A stretch of DNA of 64,000 bases from a bacterium (GCA_040390065.1 JAZJZE010000001.1:294718-358717); one strand, 5' to 3'; shown: positions 8,797 to 18,578, counted from the first letter of the stretch. Program-made: numbers and translations. Notes: generated by a model not told the origin, from the sequence alone.

Positions 8797-9330
8797 ATGC
8801 AGGGCCGTCGTGGCGCCATTCTCGCGGTGGCCGCGGCACTGTTGCTGGTGGCCGTCGAGGCCGTGAGCTGGATCCTGCCGGGGGGCGAACGCCGCGACCT
8901 GCGTCTCTTGCTGGACCTAGTGCTCGCGCTGCCCGCCTGCGCCCTGGCCGTCTTTTATTTGGCCTTCCGCGAGAGTAGCCTGCCGCTGTCCGTCGTTGCG
9001 TTGGCGGTCGCGACGTTCGGCTTCTATGGTTTGGGCACCATCTACGACTTCACCGCGAAGGGCAATGCAGGCTCGCCGCTCGACTTGTGGTTAGCCGTGC
9101 ACGCCGTCGGCGCCGTCGGGATGGCCCTCATCGGCTGGAACCTGGCATCGCTGGGTCGGGCGCTGGCTTGGACGACGGCCGTCGGATTTGTGGCGCTGGT
9201 CTTCTGGCAGACGCACGTGCTGCTGTCGGCGACGTGGTTCCTCGCTTCGCTTTGGCTGGCGTTGTCGCCGCAGTGGCTCCGGGCCCCAGGTCCTGCTGCC
9301 TCGGCCCGCGAGCCTGCAACCGCTGGATAG
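8797..9330 (+). CDS. Hypothetical polytopic membrane protein
   Basis: About 6 hydrophobic helices; no recognised motif. Confidence 0.65.
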   Translation: MQGRRGAILAVAAALLLVAVEAVSWILPGGERRDLRLLLDLVLALPACALAVFYLAFRESSLPLSVVALAVATFGFYGLGTIYDFTAKGNAGSPLDLWLAVHAVGAVGMALIGWNLASLGRALAWTTAVGFVALVFWQTHVLLSATWFLASLWLALSPQWLRAPGPAASAREPATAG

Positions 9331-9380
9331 CCAAGCGGTTTCACCGGCAAGACTATCGCGGTCCGGAGCGCGCTCGGGGC

Positions 9381-9902
9381 ATGCAAGCCCGGGGAATCTA
9401 CGCCCTCCTGCTGGCCGCCTGCATCGCCGGCTGGATCTTCTCGTTCTGGGCAGGACTCCCAATCCAGCTGGTCTTCCTGCTTGGGGCGGTCGCCTCGCTC
9501 TTCGCCCTGGCGGCGACGGAGCACCAGGACCGGCAGGGTTGGTACTTGGGCCGCTCCGGCGTCTTCGGTCTGCTCAGCGCGTTCGGTCTCTTGATGGGGC
9601 CGTTTGCACCCTTGGCCCTGGTCCTCGTGATCCCTTCGCTTTGGTGGCTCGGCCAGTGGCTGTGGCACGCGTCGGCGGCTGCGGGCGGCAACGTCCTGCG
9701 CTACGGCGTCGCATCGGCCCTTTGCGTCGTGCTGTTCTTCGTGCTTGCCGCCGTGGCGCACAATCGCTTGGTCGGCGTCTACGCGCGCGCACTCGGCATC
9801 CCGCTGGCCATTGTTGCACCGTTCCTGTTCCTCGCATGGGCCTACCAACTGGGCCGCGCCCACATCGTCGGGACTACTGCCCGCCCCGCCACCCTCATGT
9901 AG
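9381..9902 (+). CDS. Hypothetical polytopic membrane protein
   Basis: About 6 hydrophobic helices starting MQARGIYALLL. Confidence 0.65.
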   Translation: MQARGIYALLLAACIAGWIFSFWAGLPIQLVFLLGAVASLFALAATEHQDRQGWYLGRSGVFGLLSAFGLLMGPFAPLALVLVIPSLWWLGQWLWHASAAAGGNVLRYGVASALCVVLFFVLAAVAHNRLVGVYARALGIPLAIVAPFLFLAWAYQLGRAHIVGTTARPATLM

Positions 9903-9923
9903 AGCCCCCTCCTGGCGCGGCGC

Positions 9924-11315
9924 GTGGCCCTCTTCCGCTCCCTCCGCGACAAGCTGAAAGGCGTGTCGAAGAAGCTGGAGAGCGAAGTCGAGAAACAGCT
10001 CGGCGACGAGGTCGAACGCGAACTCGCCGCAGCCATGGCGAAGGACAAGGCGAAGGCCGCCGCGACAGCCCCCACCCAACCGCCGACGCCGCCGGTGGCG
10101 CCGGTGCCGGCGAAAGCGGAACCCGCCCGCGCGCCTGAGTCCGTCCCCTCGACCCCGCCAGCCCCAACCCCTGTGCCGGCCCCCGCCGCATTGCCGGCGA
10201 CGCCATGGCCCGCGATGGAATCGGCCGCACCGGCGCCATCGGTGGTTCCGGCGCCGCTTCCGGTCGCCCCCGCCCCGTCCCCCGCTCCAAAGCCGCAGCC
10301 ACCGCAACCTCCGCCGCAGGCCGGCCGCAAGCTCCTCACGGAGGACGAGATCTCGGCACGCCTCGAGCGCGAACTGTCGCAGGCGGTCGCCGTGCAGAGG
10401 TCCGTCGAGACGACCGTGCAGCAAGTCGCGCCGGCTGCGTCCCGCTTCACCATCAACGAGGACGTCCTGGAGGAAGTGCTGTGGGACCTGGAGGTCGGCC
10501 TCTTGGAATCCGACGTGGCGCTCCCCGTCATCGAGGCCATCAAGGGCGACGTCAAGGAGCAGCTTCTGTCGCTGAGCGTCAGCGGCAACGCCGAGCAGGT
10601 CGTGGAGCGCGTCCTGCGCACGGCCATCAAGCACGTCCTGCAAGTGAACCCCCTCAACTTCGACACGTTCGTCCGGGACAAGCTCGCCGCTGGCAAGCGC
10701 CCCGTCGTCATCATGTTCGTGGGCGTCAACGGCACGGGCAAGACGACGTCCATCGGCCGCGTTGCCTACCGCCTCAAGCAGCAGGGCATCTCGTGTTGCC
10801 TTGCCGCGGGCGATACGTTCCGCGCCGGCGCCATCGAGCAGTTGAGCCTGCACGGCGAACGCCTCGGCGTCACGGTCATCCAGCACAAGGCGGGCGCGGA
10901 CCCGGCCGCCGTCGCGTACGACGCAATCGAGCACGCCAAGGCGCGCAAGAAGGACGTCGTGCTCCTCGACACCGCGGGCCGCATGCAGAACAACAACAAT
11001 TTGATGGACGAGATGGATAAAATCCGTCGCGTCGCGAATCCGGACCTGTGCATCTTCGTCGGCGACTCCCTGGCCGGCAACGACGCCGTCGAGCAGGCGC
11101 GCAAGTTCGACGAGATCGTCGACGTCGGCGGCGTCATCCTCACCAAGGTCGACGTCGACGCCAAGGGCGGCGCCGCACTTTCGGTCGCGTACACCATCAA
11201 CAAGCCGCTGCTGTTCGTCGGCGTCGGCCAGAATTACCCCGACTTGAAGCCGTTCGACGCGGACTGGCTCGTCAACCGCTTGTTCGGGGACGAAGAGGAA
11301 GTCCCTGCACCCTAG
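9924..11315 (+). CDS. ftsY: Signal recognition particle receptor FtsY
   Basis: GVNGTGKTT, DTFRAGA, DTAGR, TKVD, GVGQ motifs; Pro/Ala-rich linker in the N-terminal region. Confidence 0.97.
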   Translation: MALFRSLRDKLKGVSKKLESEVEKQLGDEVERELAAAMAKDKAKAAATAPTQPPTPPVAPVPAKAEPARAPESVPSTPPAPTPVPAPAALPATPWPAMESAAPAPSVVPAPLPVAPAPSPAPKPQPPQPPPQAGRKLLTEDEISARLERELSQAVAVQRSVETTVQQVAPAASRFTINEDVLEEVLWDLEVGLLESDVALPVIEAIKGDVKEQLLSLSVSGNAEQVVERVLRTAIKHVLQVNPLNFDTFVRDKLAAGKRPVVIMFVGVNGTGKTTSIGRVAYRLKQQGISCCLAAGDTFRAGAIEQLSLHGERLGVTVIQHKAGADPAAVAYDAIEHAKARKKDVVLLDTAGRMQNNNNLMDEMDKIRRVANPDLCIFVGDSLAGNDAVEQARKFDEIVDVGGVILTKVDVDAKGGAALSVAYTINKPLLFVGVGQNYPDLKPFDADWLVNRLFGDEEEVPAP

Positions 11316-11335
11316 TTCGCTTCGAGGTATTCGCG

Positions 11336-11437
11336 CATCGGTTTCATCTGTTCCATCCGTTGACGGCCGGCGCCTCTTGTCAACAGATGCAACAGATGAC
11401 GGTCGGAAGTTCGGTTGTTTCTGTTGTTTCGGTTGAC
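11336..11437. repeat. 9-bp-periodic palindromic element after ftsY
   Basis: catcggttt-catctgttc-catccgttg-ac; inverted gtcaacagatg-caacagatga; then ttcggttgt-ttctgttgt-ttcggttga-c. Confidence 0.75.
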
Positions 11438-11482
11438 GCGGAGACGGGCAATGCCTTTCAACAACCCTCGGGATGGCCGCGC

Positions 11483-12298
11483 ATGCTCCTGGCACCGCGC
11501 ATCCTGGCCGCCCTCGCCGTCGTCCTGCTGCTCGCGCACGCTGCCGCCGCCGGCACCGACAAGGACCCGGAGATCGTCGACGACCAGAACGACCAGAAGG
11601 TCACCGCCAACGGCTCGCCGACGCCGGTGGGGACGTGCGCGGCGGCCCCGCCGACCGGTTGCATCTACATCCCCGCCGACATCTGGACGGCCTGGATCGA
11701 GGAGACGCCGAACAGCCTGATGGTGAACATCAACCTGGCGCAAGCCCCGCCGTCGACTTTCGGCGACATTTCGTACGGCATCAACTTCAACGCGGGAACC
11801 ACGCTGTACGTGGCGAGCGCGACGGTGCATCAGGTCTCGCCAGCGGGCGACGGCCAGACCGTCCCGGGCGGCGTTGCGACCGCGGCGGAACTCGGCGGGA
11901 CCGTTCTCACGCTGACGGTCCCGAAGACCAACATCCCCGCCGCCCTGCCCGGCACGAACCTCACGCAGATCGTGGCCGCATCCCTCGGCACCGGCGGCCA
12001 GAGCGGCCAGGAGACCGTGAGCGACCGCGCCCCCTCCACCGCCTACGGACGCGAATTCAGGATGGCGCCGGCGGCGTCGAACACGACGGGCCCGGGCGGC
12101 AACCCTCCGGCAACCGGAAACACGACCACGAGCCACCCGCCGCCCATCACGGTCGGGACCCCGCCGCCGCCCGGCACCACGGGCCAGCCCAGCACCGGGG
12201 ACGACGGCACCAAGACCTCCCCCCTGGGCCTCCACGATGCGTTGTTCGCCATCCTGACGGTCGCGGCCTTCACCCGGCTGCGGCGTCCGCTCCTGTAG
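11483..12298 (+). CDS. Secreted/surface protein with C-terminal membrane anchor (paralog of the next gene)
   Basis: Signal peptide, AAGTDKDPEIVD…GGVATAA…LTLTVPK…DRAP domain, Pro/Thr linker, TM plus RLRR. Confidence 0.75.
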   Translation: MLLAPRILAALAVVLLLAHAAAAGTDKDPEIVDDQNDQKVTANGSPTPVGTCAAAPPTGCIYIPADIWTAWIEETPNSLMVNINLAQAPPSTFGDISYGINFNAGTTLYVASATVHQVSPAGDGQTVPGGVATAAELGGTVLTLTVPKTNIPAALPGTNLTQIVAASLGTGGQSGQETVSDRAPSTAYGREFRMAPAASNTTGPGGNPPATGNTTTSHPPPITVGTPPPPGTTGQPSTGDDGTKTSPLGLHDALFAILTVAAFTRLRRPLL

Positions 12299-12361
12299 GG
12301 CGGCCGGGAAAACATCCATGAAGGCTTTAAAACGGAAATAGCCTCAAGGTGCCCGGTTCCC

Positions 12362-13447
12362 ATGAAGCGCACCTCCGCAGCGCTGCTTACTGCCGCCTTG
12401 GTCTTCCTGTCCGCGCTCGCCGCGCACCCGGCGGCTGCCGGGACTGAGGCGGTGCCGGAAATCACGGATCCGGCAAACGATATCGTCCTGACGCCGGCGG
12501 GCACAGCCACCGCCGCGTCCTGCATTCCATCGGCGACAATGCAGCCCTGCCCGCAGTGGACTCGCATGGACACCGTCGCCGCGTGGATTGACAATGAGAC
12601 CGCCACGCTGTTCCACGCAAACATCAAGGTCAGCGGCGACCCGTCGTCGGGCGCCACCGGGTATTCCTGGTCCCTTGCCTTCCATATGAAGTTCAATGGA
12701 ACAGACTTCATCGCCTCGGCTTCTGCCGTTGGGGGCCAAACGGTGGGTGCGCCCACGGCGGGCGGCGTGGCCACGGCTGCAACTGTGGCGGGCAGCATTG
12801 TGACTCTGACGGTTCCAAAGGCCGCCCTGGCGCCGGCGCTGGGATCTGGTGCCAGGTTGACCGACTTGTACGTCATCGGGAATGCCATGACGCCGCCCCC
12901 CAGTCCGTCGCCCGGCGTGGTCCTCACCACCGACCGCGCCCCTGACGGCACGGCGTTCGGTACGCCCTACAACTTCACCATGACGGGCGGCAACATCACC
13001 GCCGGAGGCGCCGACTCCGATGCGGACGGCCTCAACGACACGTTCGAGCAGCAGTACTTCGGCAACCTGAACGAGACGGCTTCCGGCGACAAAGACGCAG
13101 ACGGCCTCACCAACTCGCAGGAGCAAGCCCTCGGCACGGACCCGACGAAGCCCGACACGGACGGCGACGGCTTCAACGACGGCGCCGAAGTCGCAGCGGG
13201 GACCAACCCCAAGGACGCATCGAGCCACCCGCCCGTTGCGCCACCGCCTCCGCCCCCCCCCGGCCCGCAACCGCCGCCTCCCCCGCCTCCTGGCCCCAAC
13301 CCCGATGACACGTCCGGAGCCGCCACGAGTCGCAGCGCCGTGGACAAGCTGACGGGCGACCCGCAGTACCTCGGCGTGGCCGGCGGCGGCGCGCTTCTCG
13401 TCATCGTGCTCTCGCTCATCGGCCGCTTCGGGAGGTGGGGCCTTTGA
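12362..13447 (+). CDS. Surface protein with TSP3-like Ca-binding repeats and C-terminal TM
   Basis: AAGTEAVPEITD…GGVATAA…VTLTVPK…DRAP; DSDADGLND / DTDGDGFNDGAEV repeats; poly-Pro linker. Confidence 0.8.
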   Translation: MKRTSAALLTAALVFLSALAAHPAAAGTEAVPEITDPANDIVLTPAGTATAASCIPSATMQPCPQWTRMDTVAAWIDNETATLFHANIKVSGDPSSGATGYSWSLAFHMKFNGTDFIASASAVGGQTVGAPTAGGVATAATVAGSIVTLTVPKAALAPALGSGARLTDLYVIGNAMTPPPSPSPGVVLTTDRAPDGTAFGTPYNFTMTGGNITAGGADSDADGLNDTFEQQYFGNLNETASGDKDADGLTNSQEQALGTDPTKPDTDGDGFNDGAEVAAGTNPKDASSHPPVAPPPPPPPGPQPPPPPPPGPNPDDTSGAATSRSAVDKLTGDPQYLGVAGGGALLVIVLSLIGRFGRWGL

Positions 13448-14226
13448 CGCCTGACCTCGAGCTCGAGCAGGAAGCCCGCGTAAGCAAGAAGACGGTCTAC
13501 GAGTACGAACCACCGCTCGAGCCTGGCCAGACCAAGACGACGGAGAAGACGACGACGACGAAACACAGCCACCTGCGCGCCAACGTCAAGCGCCGCCGCG
13601 GCCTGTACGCGCTCATCATCTTCCTGGCGCTGGTTGCCATCGCCGTCGCCATCGTCGACATCCTCGTCCTGCGCGGCGACAAGGACCCGGCCACGCTGGC
13701 AAGCAGCGACCGAACGATCGAGTACGCGGTCTACGGCATCCTGGCCTTGCTCTTCATCTGGGCCATCATCCTGTTCCTGTCGCGCCGCAGCGGCGACGAG
13801 CAGACCACCGTCGAGACCACGACGGAGACCGTCGAGGAGATGCGCGCCCGCCTCGAACTCGAGCGCTCGCTCATGCAATGCCCCGACTGCAAATCGGTCT
13901 TCCAGTTCGGCGAAGCGCACTTCCGCGACAACAAGCGCACCGCGTTCAGCTGCCCGGTCTGCGGCGTCTACAGCCGGCTGCCCGACCCGGCCATGGAGCC
14001 GGTCAAGGTCCTGCGCCCGGAAGGCGAGTTCAAGGAACTGCAGTACCACTGCACGAACTGCGACGAGGACCTCGCCGTCGGAACCTTCGGCGAGACGCCG
14101 CTGCATCTGGTGCGGTTCCGCGCCTGCCCGAGCTGCGGCGAACGCGGCTTCATCGAGCGCATCGGCAGCGTCCCCCCCATGGGCGTCGGCCCCGCGCCGG
14201 ACGACGGCGGCTTCACCGCGGCCTAG
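13444..14226 (+). CDS. Membrane protein with cytoplasmic multi-zinc-ribbon (4x CxxC)
   Basis: Two TM helices then CPDC, CPVC, CTNC, CPSC; TTG start overlaps the upstream TGA. Confidence 0.75.
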   Translation: MTPDLELEQEARVSKKTVYEYEPPLEPGQTKTTEKTTTTKHSHLRANVKRRRGLYALIIFLALVAIAVAIVDILVLRGDKDPATLASSDRTIEYAVYGILALLFIWAIILFLSRRSGDEQTTVETTTETVEEMRARLELERSLMQCPDCKSVFQFGEAHFRDNKRTAFSCPVCGVYSRLPDPAMEPVKVLRPEGEFKELQYHCTNCDEDLAVGTFGETPLHLVRFRACPSCGERGFIERIGSVPPMGVGPAPDDGGFTAA

Positions 14227-14228
14227 GC

Positions 14229-14621
14229 ATGAAGTATCTCATTGTGGACAACGCCCAAGCGGTCCGCATGGTGCTGGCCCGGCACATCCTCGAGCACGAG
14301 CACGTCGCTGAGATCAAGGAGGCCGAGTCTGGCAAGGAGGCCCTGGCCTTGATTTCGACGTGGCGCCCGAACGTCATCTTCACCGGCATGGGCTTGGCCA
14401 ACGGGGAGAAAGGCCTGCCCTTCGTCGACGCGGTCCTGCGCCGGGATCCGACGCAAACCATCATCCTGTGCACGAGCATGCCGCTCGCCCACCCCGACGT
14501 GGCGGAGGCGTTGAGCCTCGGGGCGTTTGCACACATGCCCAAGCCAGTGCGCGCCGACGCCGTCCACCACGTGCTCAACGATTTCGCGATGGAACGTGGC
14601 GGATTGCGCCGGGTGAAGTGA
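14229..14621 (+). CDS. Atypical (pseudo-)receiver domain protein
   Basis: LIVDN…EAESGKEAL…GAFAHMPKP receiver fold; phosphoacceptor position reads VIFTG. Confidence 0.8.
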   Translation: MKYLIVDNAQAVRMVLARHILEHEHVAEIKEAESGKEALALISTWRPNVIFTGMGLANGEKGLPFVDAVLRRDPTQTIILCTSMPLAHPDVAEALSLGAFAHMPKPVRADAVHHVLNDFAMERGGLRRVK

Positions 14622-14631
14622 AGGGCTTGGC

Positions 14632-15693
14632 ATGACGGACTTCTCCACTGCACTGCGTGCGTCGGTCCTCTTCGTGGGCTGGCCGGGCATGGTCGTCGTG
14701 TCGGCTTTCGTGGTGTGGAACTCGTGGCGGTTCTACCAACGGGTGCAGCGTTCCGCCTTTGGCCGCCTTGTCCTTCTGATGGTCACCGGGTGGACGCTGA
14801 CGATGGGCGTTCTGGCCCTCGTGGGGACGCTCGCCCTTCAGCAGGACCCGCTCGGGGCCGGGGCCTGGGCGGCGGCGTTTCTGGCGTTCTGGGCGGCCAC
14901 GATGACGATGATTGTCTGGATTGTCCATCGCTGGGGGTCCGAGGCGGTCACAATCAACCTCTACTATGCCGAGTTGGCCAGCATGGACCGCATCAAGAGT
15001 CAACTCATTAACACCGTGGCGCACGAAATCAACACGCCACTGACGCCGATTCTGCTCAAGTTTTCCCTGCTGCGAAAGGGGACCTTCGGGCCGCTGTCCA
15101 AGGAGCAGGAAGCGGCGGTCGTGGCCATCGAGCGCAACCTCGGTCGCCTTCAGGTGCTGGTGGAGCAGGTGGTCCTCGCCATGCAGATCCAGACTGGACG
15201 GGTTCGGCTGGCCGTGGCCTCGACGGCGGTGGGTCCCTGGGTCGAGGCGATTGCCGGCCCTTTTGCGGCTCAGGCAGCCGCGGACGGCTGCAGTCTGTCG
15301 GTGTCCAGCGCCAACGGGCAGGTGGTCATGGATCCCGAGCGCATGGGGCGCGTGCTTGCGTCGTTCCTGTCCAACGCCCTACGGCACGGCGGGTCCGGTG
15401 TCCACGTCGCGTTGCACGCGGCCGTGTCCGCAACCGAGATGACGGTGGAGGTCCGCGACGATGGAGCGGGTTTCACGCCAGAGCAGGGCGCGGTCCTTTT
15501 CGAGCCATTCCGGCACGCACGGGACCCGGGGCACGACGTTCAGGCGGGGGCGGGGTTGAGCCTGTTCCTGGCGCGCGGCATCGTCGGGCTGCACCATGGC
15601 CGCACATGGGCATCTTCGGCAGGGCTCGGCAAGGGCGCCACGTTCGGCTTTGCCATCCCGTTGCGCGCCAGCGCGGGTTCCGCACCTCGATGA
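14632..15693 (+). CDS. Membrane sensor histidine kinase
   Basis: 3 TM helices, H-box VAHEINTPLT, N-box SNALRH, G1 DDGAGF, G2 GAGLSL. Confidence 0.92.
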   Translation: MTDFSTALRASVLFVGWPGMVVVSAFVVWNSWRFYQRVQRSAFGRLVLLMVTGWTLTMGVLALVGTLALQQDPLGAGAWAAAFLAFWAATMTMIVWIVHRWGSEAVTINLYYAELASMDRIKSQLINTVAHEINTPLTPILLKFSLLRKGTFGPLSKEQEAAVVAIERNLGRLQVLVEQVVLAMQIQTGRVRLAVASTAVGPWVEAIAGPFAAQAAADGCSLSVSSANGQVVMDPERMGRVLASFLSNALRHGGSGVHVALHAAVSATEMTVEVRDDGAGFTPEQGAVLFEPFRHARDPGHDVQAGAGLSLFLARGIVGLHHGRTWASSAGLGKGATFGFAIPLRASAGSAPR

Positions 15694-15741
15694 CTTGCGC
15701 CAGCGTGGCCGGGGGTGGCCCTTGCGCGGCCTCTACTGTCG

Positions 15742-16152
15742 CTAGCGCGTCGGAGCCTCTTCGAGAGTCGCGCGCACCGCCGCCATCATCCGCTCCGCGG
15801 GAATCGGCTTCGTGAGGTAGTACTTCACGTGCAGCTCGTTTAGGGCTTCGATGGCGATGTCCATGTCGGGGTAGGCCGTGATGAGGAGGCTGGGCGTGCC
15901 CGGACGGACCTTGGCCGCCTGCCGCAGGAATTCCAGGCCATTGACCTCCGGCATGCGGAAATCGACGACCATCAGGGAGACTGGCCGCCGGGCGATGATG
16001 GCCGATGCCTCCGCCGCAGAGGAGGCCCGCAGGACGGTGCTGCCGGGAAGCTCATGACGCAGCAGCATCGCGTACGAGTCGAGGATGTCCGCGTCGTCGT
16101 CGACGAGCAGGACGACCGCCTCAGCTGGCTTCGTTTCGGGGTGCCCCGGCAT
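15742..16152 (-). CDS. Single-domain response regulator
   Basis: LLVDDD, VVDFRMP (Asp retained), ITAY, LTKP; alternative start GTG 16188. Confidence 0.88.
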   Translation of the reverse strand: MPGHPETKPAEAVVLLVDDDADILDSYAMLLRHELPGSTVLRASSAAEASAIIARRPVSLMVVDFRMPEVNGLEFLRQAAKVRPGTPSLLITAYPDMDIAIEALNELHVKYYLTKPIPAERMMAAVRATLEEAPTR

Positions 16153-16194
16153 GCCCTGCGATTGGGGGGGCTCTCTTAACGGTGCCACCCGCGG

Positions 16195-17358
16195 CTACCG
16201 CGACAACGACTTCGCCTTCTTCGTGTCTTCCCACGGCAGCTTCAAGTCGGTCCGTCCGAAGTGGCCGTAACTCGACGTCTGCGTGTAGATGGGCTTGCGA
16301 AGGCCCAGTTCCTCGAGGATGGCGCCCGGCCCGAAGTCGAAGTCGCGCCGCAGGATGGCCTCGATCTTGGAATCGGCGATCGTACCCGTCCCGAACGTCT
16401 CGACGGCGAGGCTCACCGGTTGCAGCGAGCCGATGGAGTACGCCACTTGGATCTGCAGTCGTGTGGCGAGTCCCGCCGCGACGAGGTTCTTGGCGGCAAA
16501 GCGGGCATAGTAGGCCGCCGACCGGTCCACCTTCGTCGGATCCTTGCCGGAGAACGCGCCGCCGCCGTGCGGCACCCAGCCGCCATACGTATCGACGATG
16601 ATCTTGCGCCCCGTCAAGCCGCAGTCGGACTTCGGCCCGCCGGTCTCGAAGCGGCCAGTGTGGTTGATGAAGAACTTCGTCTTGGCGTGCAGCCACTCTT
16701 CGGGCACGACGTCGCGGATGCAGTGCTCGATCAGGTCCTCGTGCAGTTCCTGCTGCCGGCCGCTCATCTCGGGCTTGTGCTGTGCCGCGAGCACGACGGC
16801 ATCGACGGCGACGGGCTTGCCCTTCTCGAAGCGCACGGACACCTGCGACTTGCCATCCGGCCGAAGGTACGACAACTTGCGCTTGCGCCGCAACTCGGTG
16901 AGGCGACGCGTCAGTCCATGCGCAAGCGAGATGGGGGCCGGCATGAAGTCGCCGCCGCGCCGCGTGGGCTTCTGCGCATACCCGAACATGAGGCCCTGGT
17001 CACCGGCGCCGATCTTGCGGTCTTTGCGCGCCACGACGCCTTGGGCGATGTCCGTGGCTTGCGGCACGATGCGCGAGACAAAGACAGCCGTGTCATGGCC
17101 GATCCCAGATGCGGCCGAGTCGTATCCGATGTCGCGGATCGCCTTGCGTGCCACGGCTTCGTGGTCGACGTCGATGCCCGCGGCGGCGCTGATCTCGCCA
17201 GCGCAGCAAATGAATTCCGTCGCCACGAGCGATTCGCAGGCGACGCGTGCCATGGCGTCGCGCTTCAGGTACGCATCCAGGATGGCATCGCTGATGCGGT
17301 CGGCGACCTTGTCCGGATGGCCTTCCGTCACGGACTCGGAGGCAAAGACGAAGGGCAC
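16195..17358 (-). CDS. metK: S-adenosylmethionine synthetase, bacterial/eukaryotic type
   Basis: ESVTEGHPDK, GAGDQG, DGKSQV, GGGAFSGKDPTKVDRS, YGHFGR. Confidence 0.96.
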   Translation of the reverse strand: MPFVFASESVTEGHPDKVADRISDAILDAYLKRDAMARVACESLVATEFICCAGEISAAAGIDVDHEAVARKAIRDIGYDSAASGIGHDTAVFVSRIVPQATDIAQGVVARKDRKIGAGDQGLMFGYAQKPTRRGGDFMPAPISLAHGLTRRLTELRRKRKLSYLRPDGKSQVSVRFEKGKPVAVDAVVLAAQHKPEMSGRQQELHEDLIEHCIRDVVPEEWLHAKTKFFINHTGRFETGGPKSDCGLTGRKIIVDTYGGWVPHGGGAFSGKDPTKVDRSAAYYARFAAKNLVAAGLATRLQIQVAYSIGSLQPVSLAVETFGTGTIADSKIEAILRRDFDFGPGAILEELGLRKPIYTQTSSYGHFGRTDLKLPWEDTKKAKSLSR

Positions 17359-17471
17359 GGATGCGCACAGAAGCCGGCGGGTGATAAGCGCAGAGGGGGC
17401 ACCCCAGCCTCCGGGCCCCGTCGGTGCATCGACGCAACGCCTATGTGGGCCCGCGGGTGGGTCGTCCCTTG

Positions 17472-18578
17472 ATGCGGCTCGTCCTCATTGCCTTCGCCCT
17501 TGCCGGCCTCCTGTTCGCGGGCTGTTCGCAACCGACACCTTCCACGACGACGGAGCCGCCGGCCCTCGCCACTCCCGAGTACCCGACGGTGGCGCCGACG
17601 TTCAAGGCCGCGACGCTTCTTTCGGACCTCAAGACCTTCGCCACGCAATTCCCCGTCCGTAACGACAACGTCCCCACGCACGAAGGGGCCCGGCAATGGA
17701 TTGCCCAACAGTGGCGCGACGCCGGCCTCACCGTGTGGCGGCAGAACTTCACGACCGGCGGCCTGCCGCAGGCGAACATCGTCGGCATCAAGTGGGGCGA
17801 AGACCGCAGCACCTGGATCGTCGTCGGCGGCCACTACGACACGACGCATTGGGACTGCATCGTCGACAGCAACGCGCCCGGACCAGCCACCTGCGCCGGC
17901 CACGCCGCAAGCCAGGGCGCCTACGACGACGGCTCGGGCACGATGATGAGCGTGGAACTCGGCAAGCGCTGGGCCAACGTCACGACGCCGTACACCGTCG
18001 CCTTCGTCACGTACGACGGCGAGGAGCGCGGCCTCGAGGGGGCAAGTGCCTTCGTCGACGTCGTCGCTTCCGGTGCCTCGCCGTACGGCAACGTCACCAT
18101 CCGCGGCGCCCTCGACATCGACATGTTCGGCATCACGTGGCCCGGCACGAACGCGCCGGTGCAGATCCTCGACAACTCCAACGCCCTGCATAAGGTGTTC
18201 AAGGACACACAGACGGCCATCGGCATGCCGGCGGACATGTACTACTGCGGCGACATGCTCGCCCTCGGCTCCAGCGATTTCCAGGTTTTCTTCGACCAGG
18301 ACATCCCGGTCGTGTTCTTCTCCAGCGACTTCGGCAAGTACAGCCCGCCCGGCTCCCCCGCGGCAGCGCCCGAGGCGTACTATCCGAACTGGCACTTCAT
18401 CGACACGTACGACACAATGCAGGCCGAAGCTGGTGGCGCGCCGCAACTCGAAGCCGGCTTCACGACGGCCGTGAGTTTCGCGACCGCGGAACTGCACGCG
18501 CTGGCCGACACGACCGTCGCGCTCGACGTGCACGCGCCGCCGGGCTCGTCGGGTCTCAACGGCAATCAGCAGTGCTAG
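17472..18578 (+). CDS. M28-family metallopeptidase lipoprotein
   Basis: LFAGC lipobox; GGHYD, GAYDDGSG, GEERGLEG, DIDMFG, SSD, WHFIDTYD. Confidence 0.88.
   Translation: MRLVLIAFALAGLLFAGCSQPTPSTTTEPPALATPEYPTVAPTFKAATLLSDLKTFATQFPVRNDNVPTHEGARQWIAQQWRDAGLTVWRQNFTTGGLPQANIVGIKWGEDRSTWIVVGGHYDTTHWDCIVDSNAPGPATCAGHAASQGAYDDGSGTMMSVELGKRWANVTTPYTVAFVTYDGEERGLEGASAFVDVVASGASPYGNVTIRGALDIDMFGITWPGTNAPVQILDNSNALHKVFKDTQTAIGMPADMYYCGDMLALGSSDFQVFFDQDIPVVFFSSDFGKYSPPGSPAAAPEAYYPNWHFIDTYDTMQAEAGGAPQLEAGFTTAVSFATAELHALADTTVALDVHAPPGSSGLNGNQQC

Noticed and set aside
13240-13300. CCG-rich stretches here and in ftsY as DNA repeats
   Set aside because: They encode poly-Pro linkers in frame; protein-level low complexity
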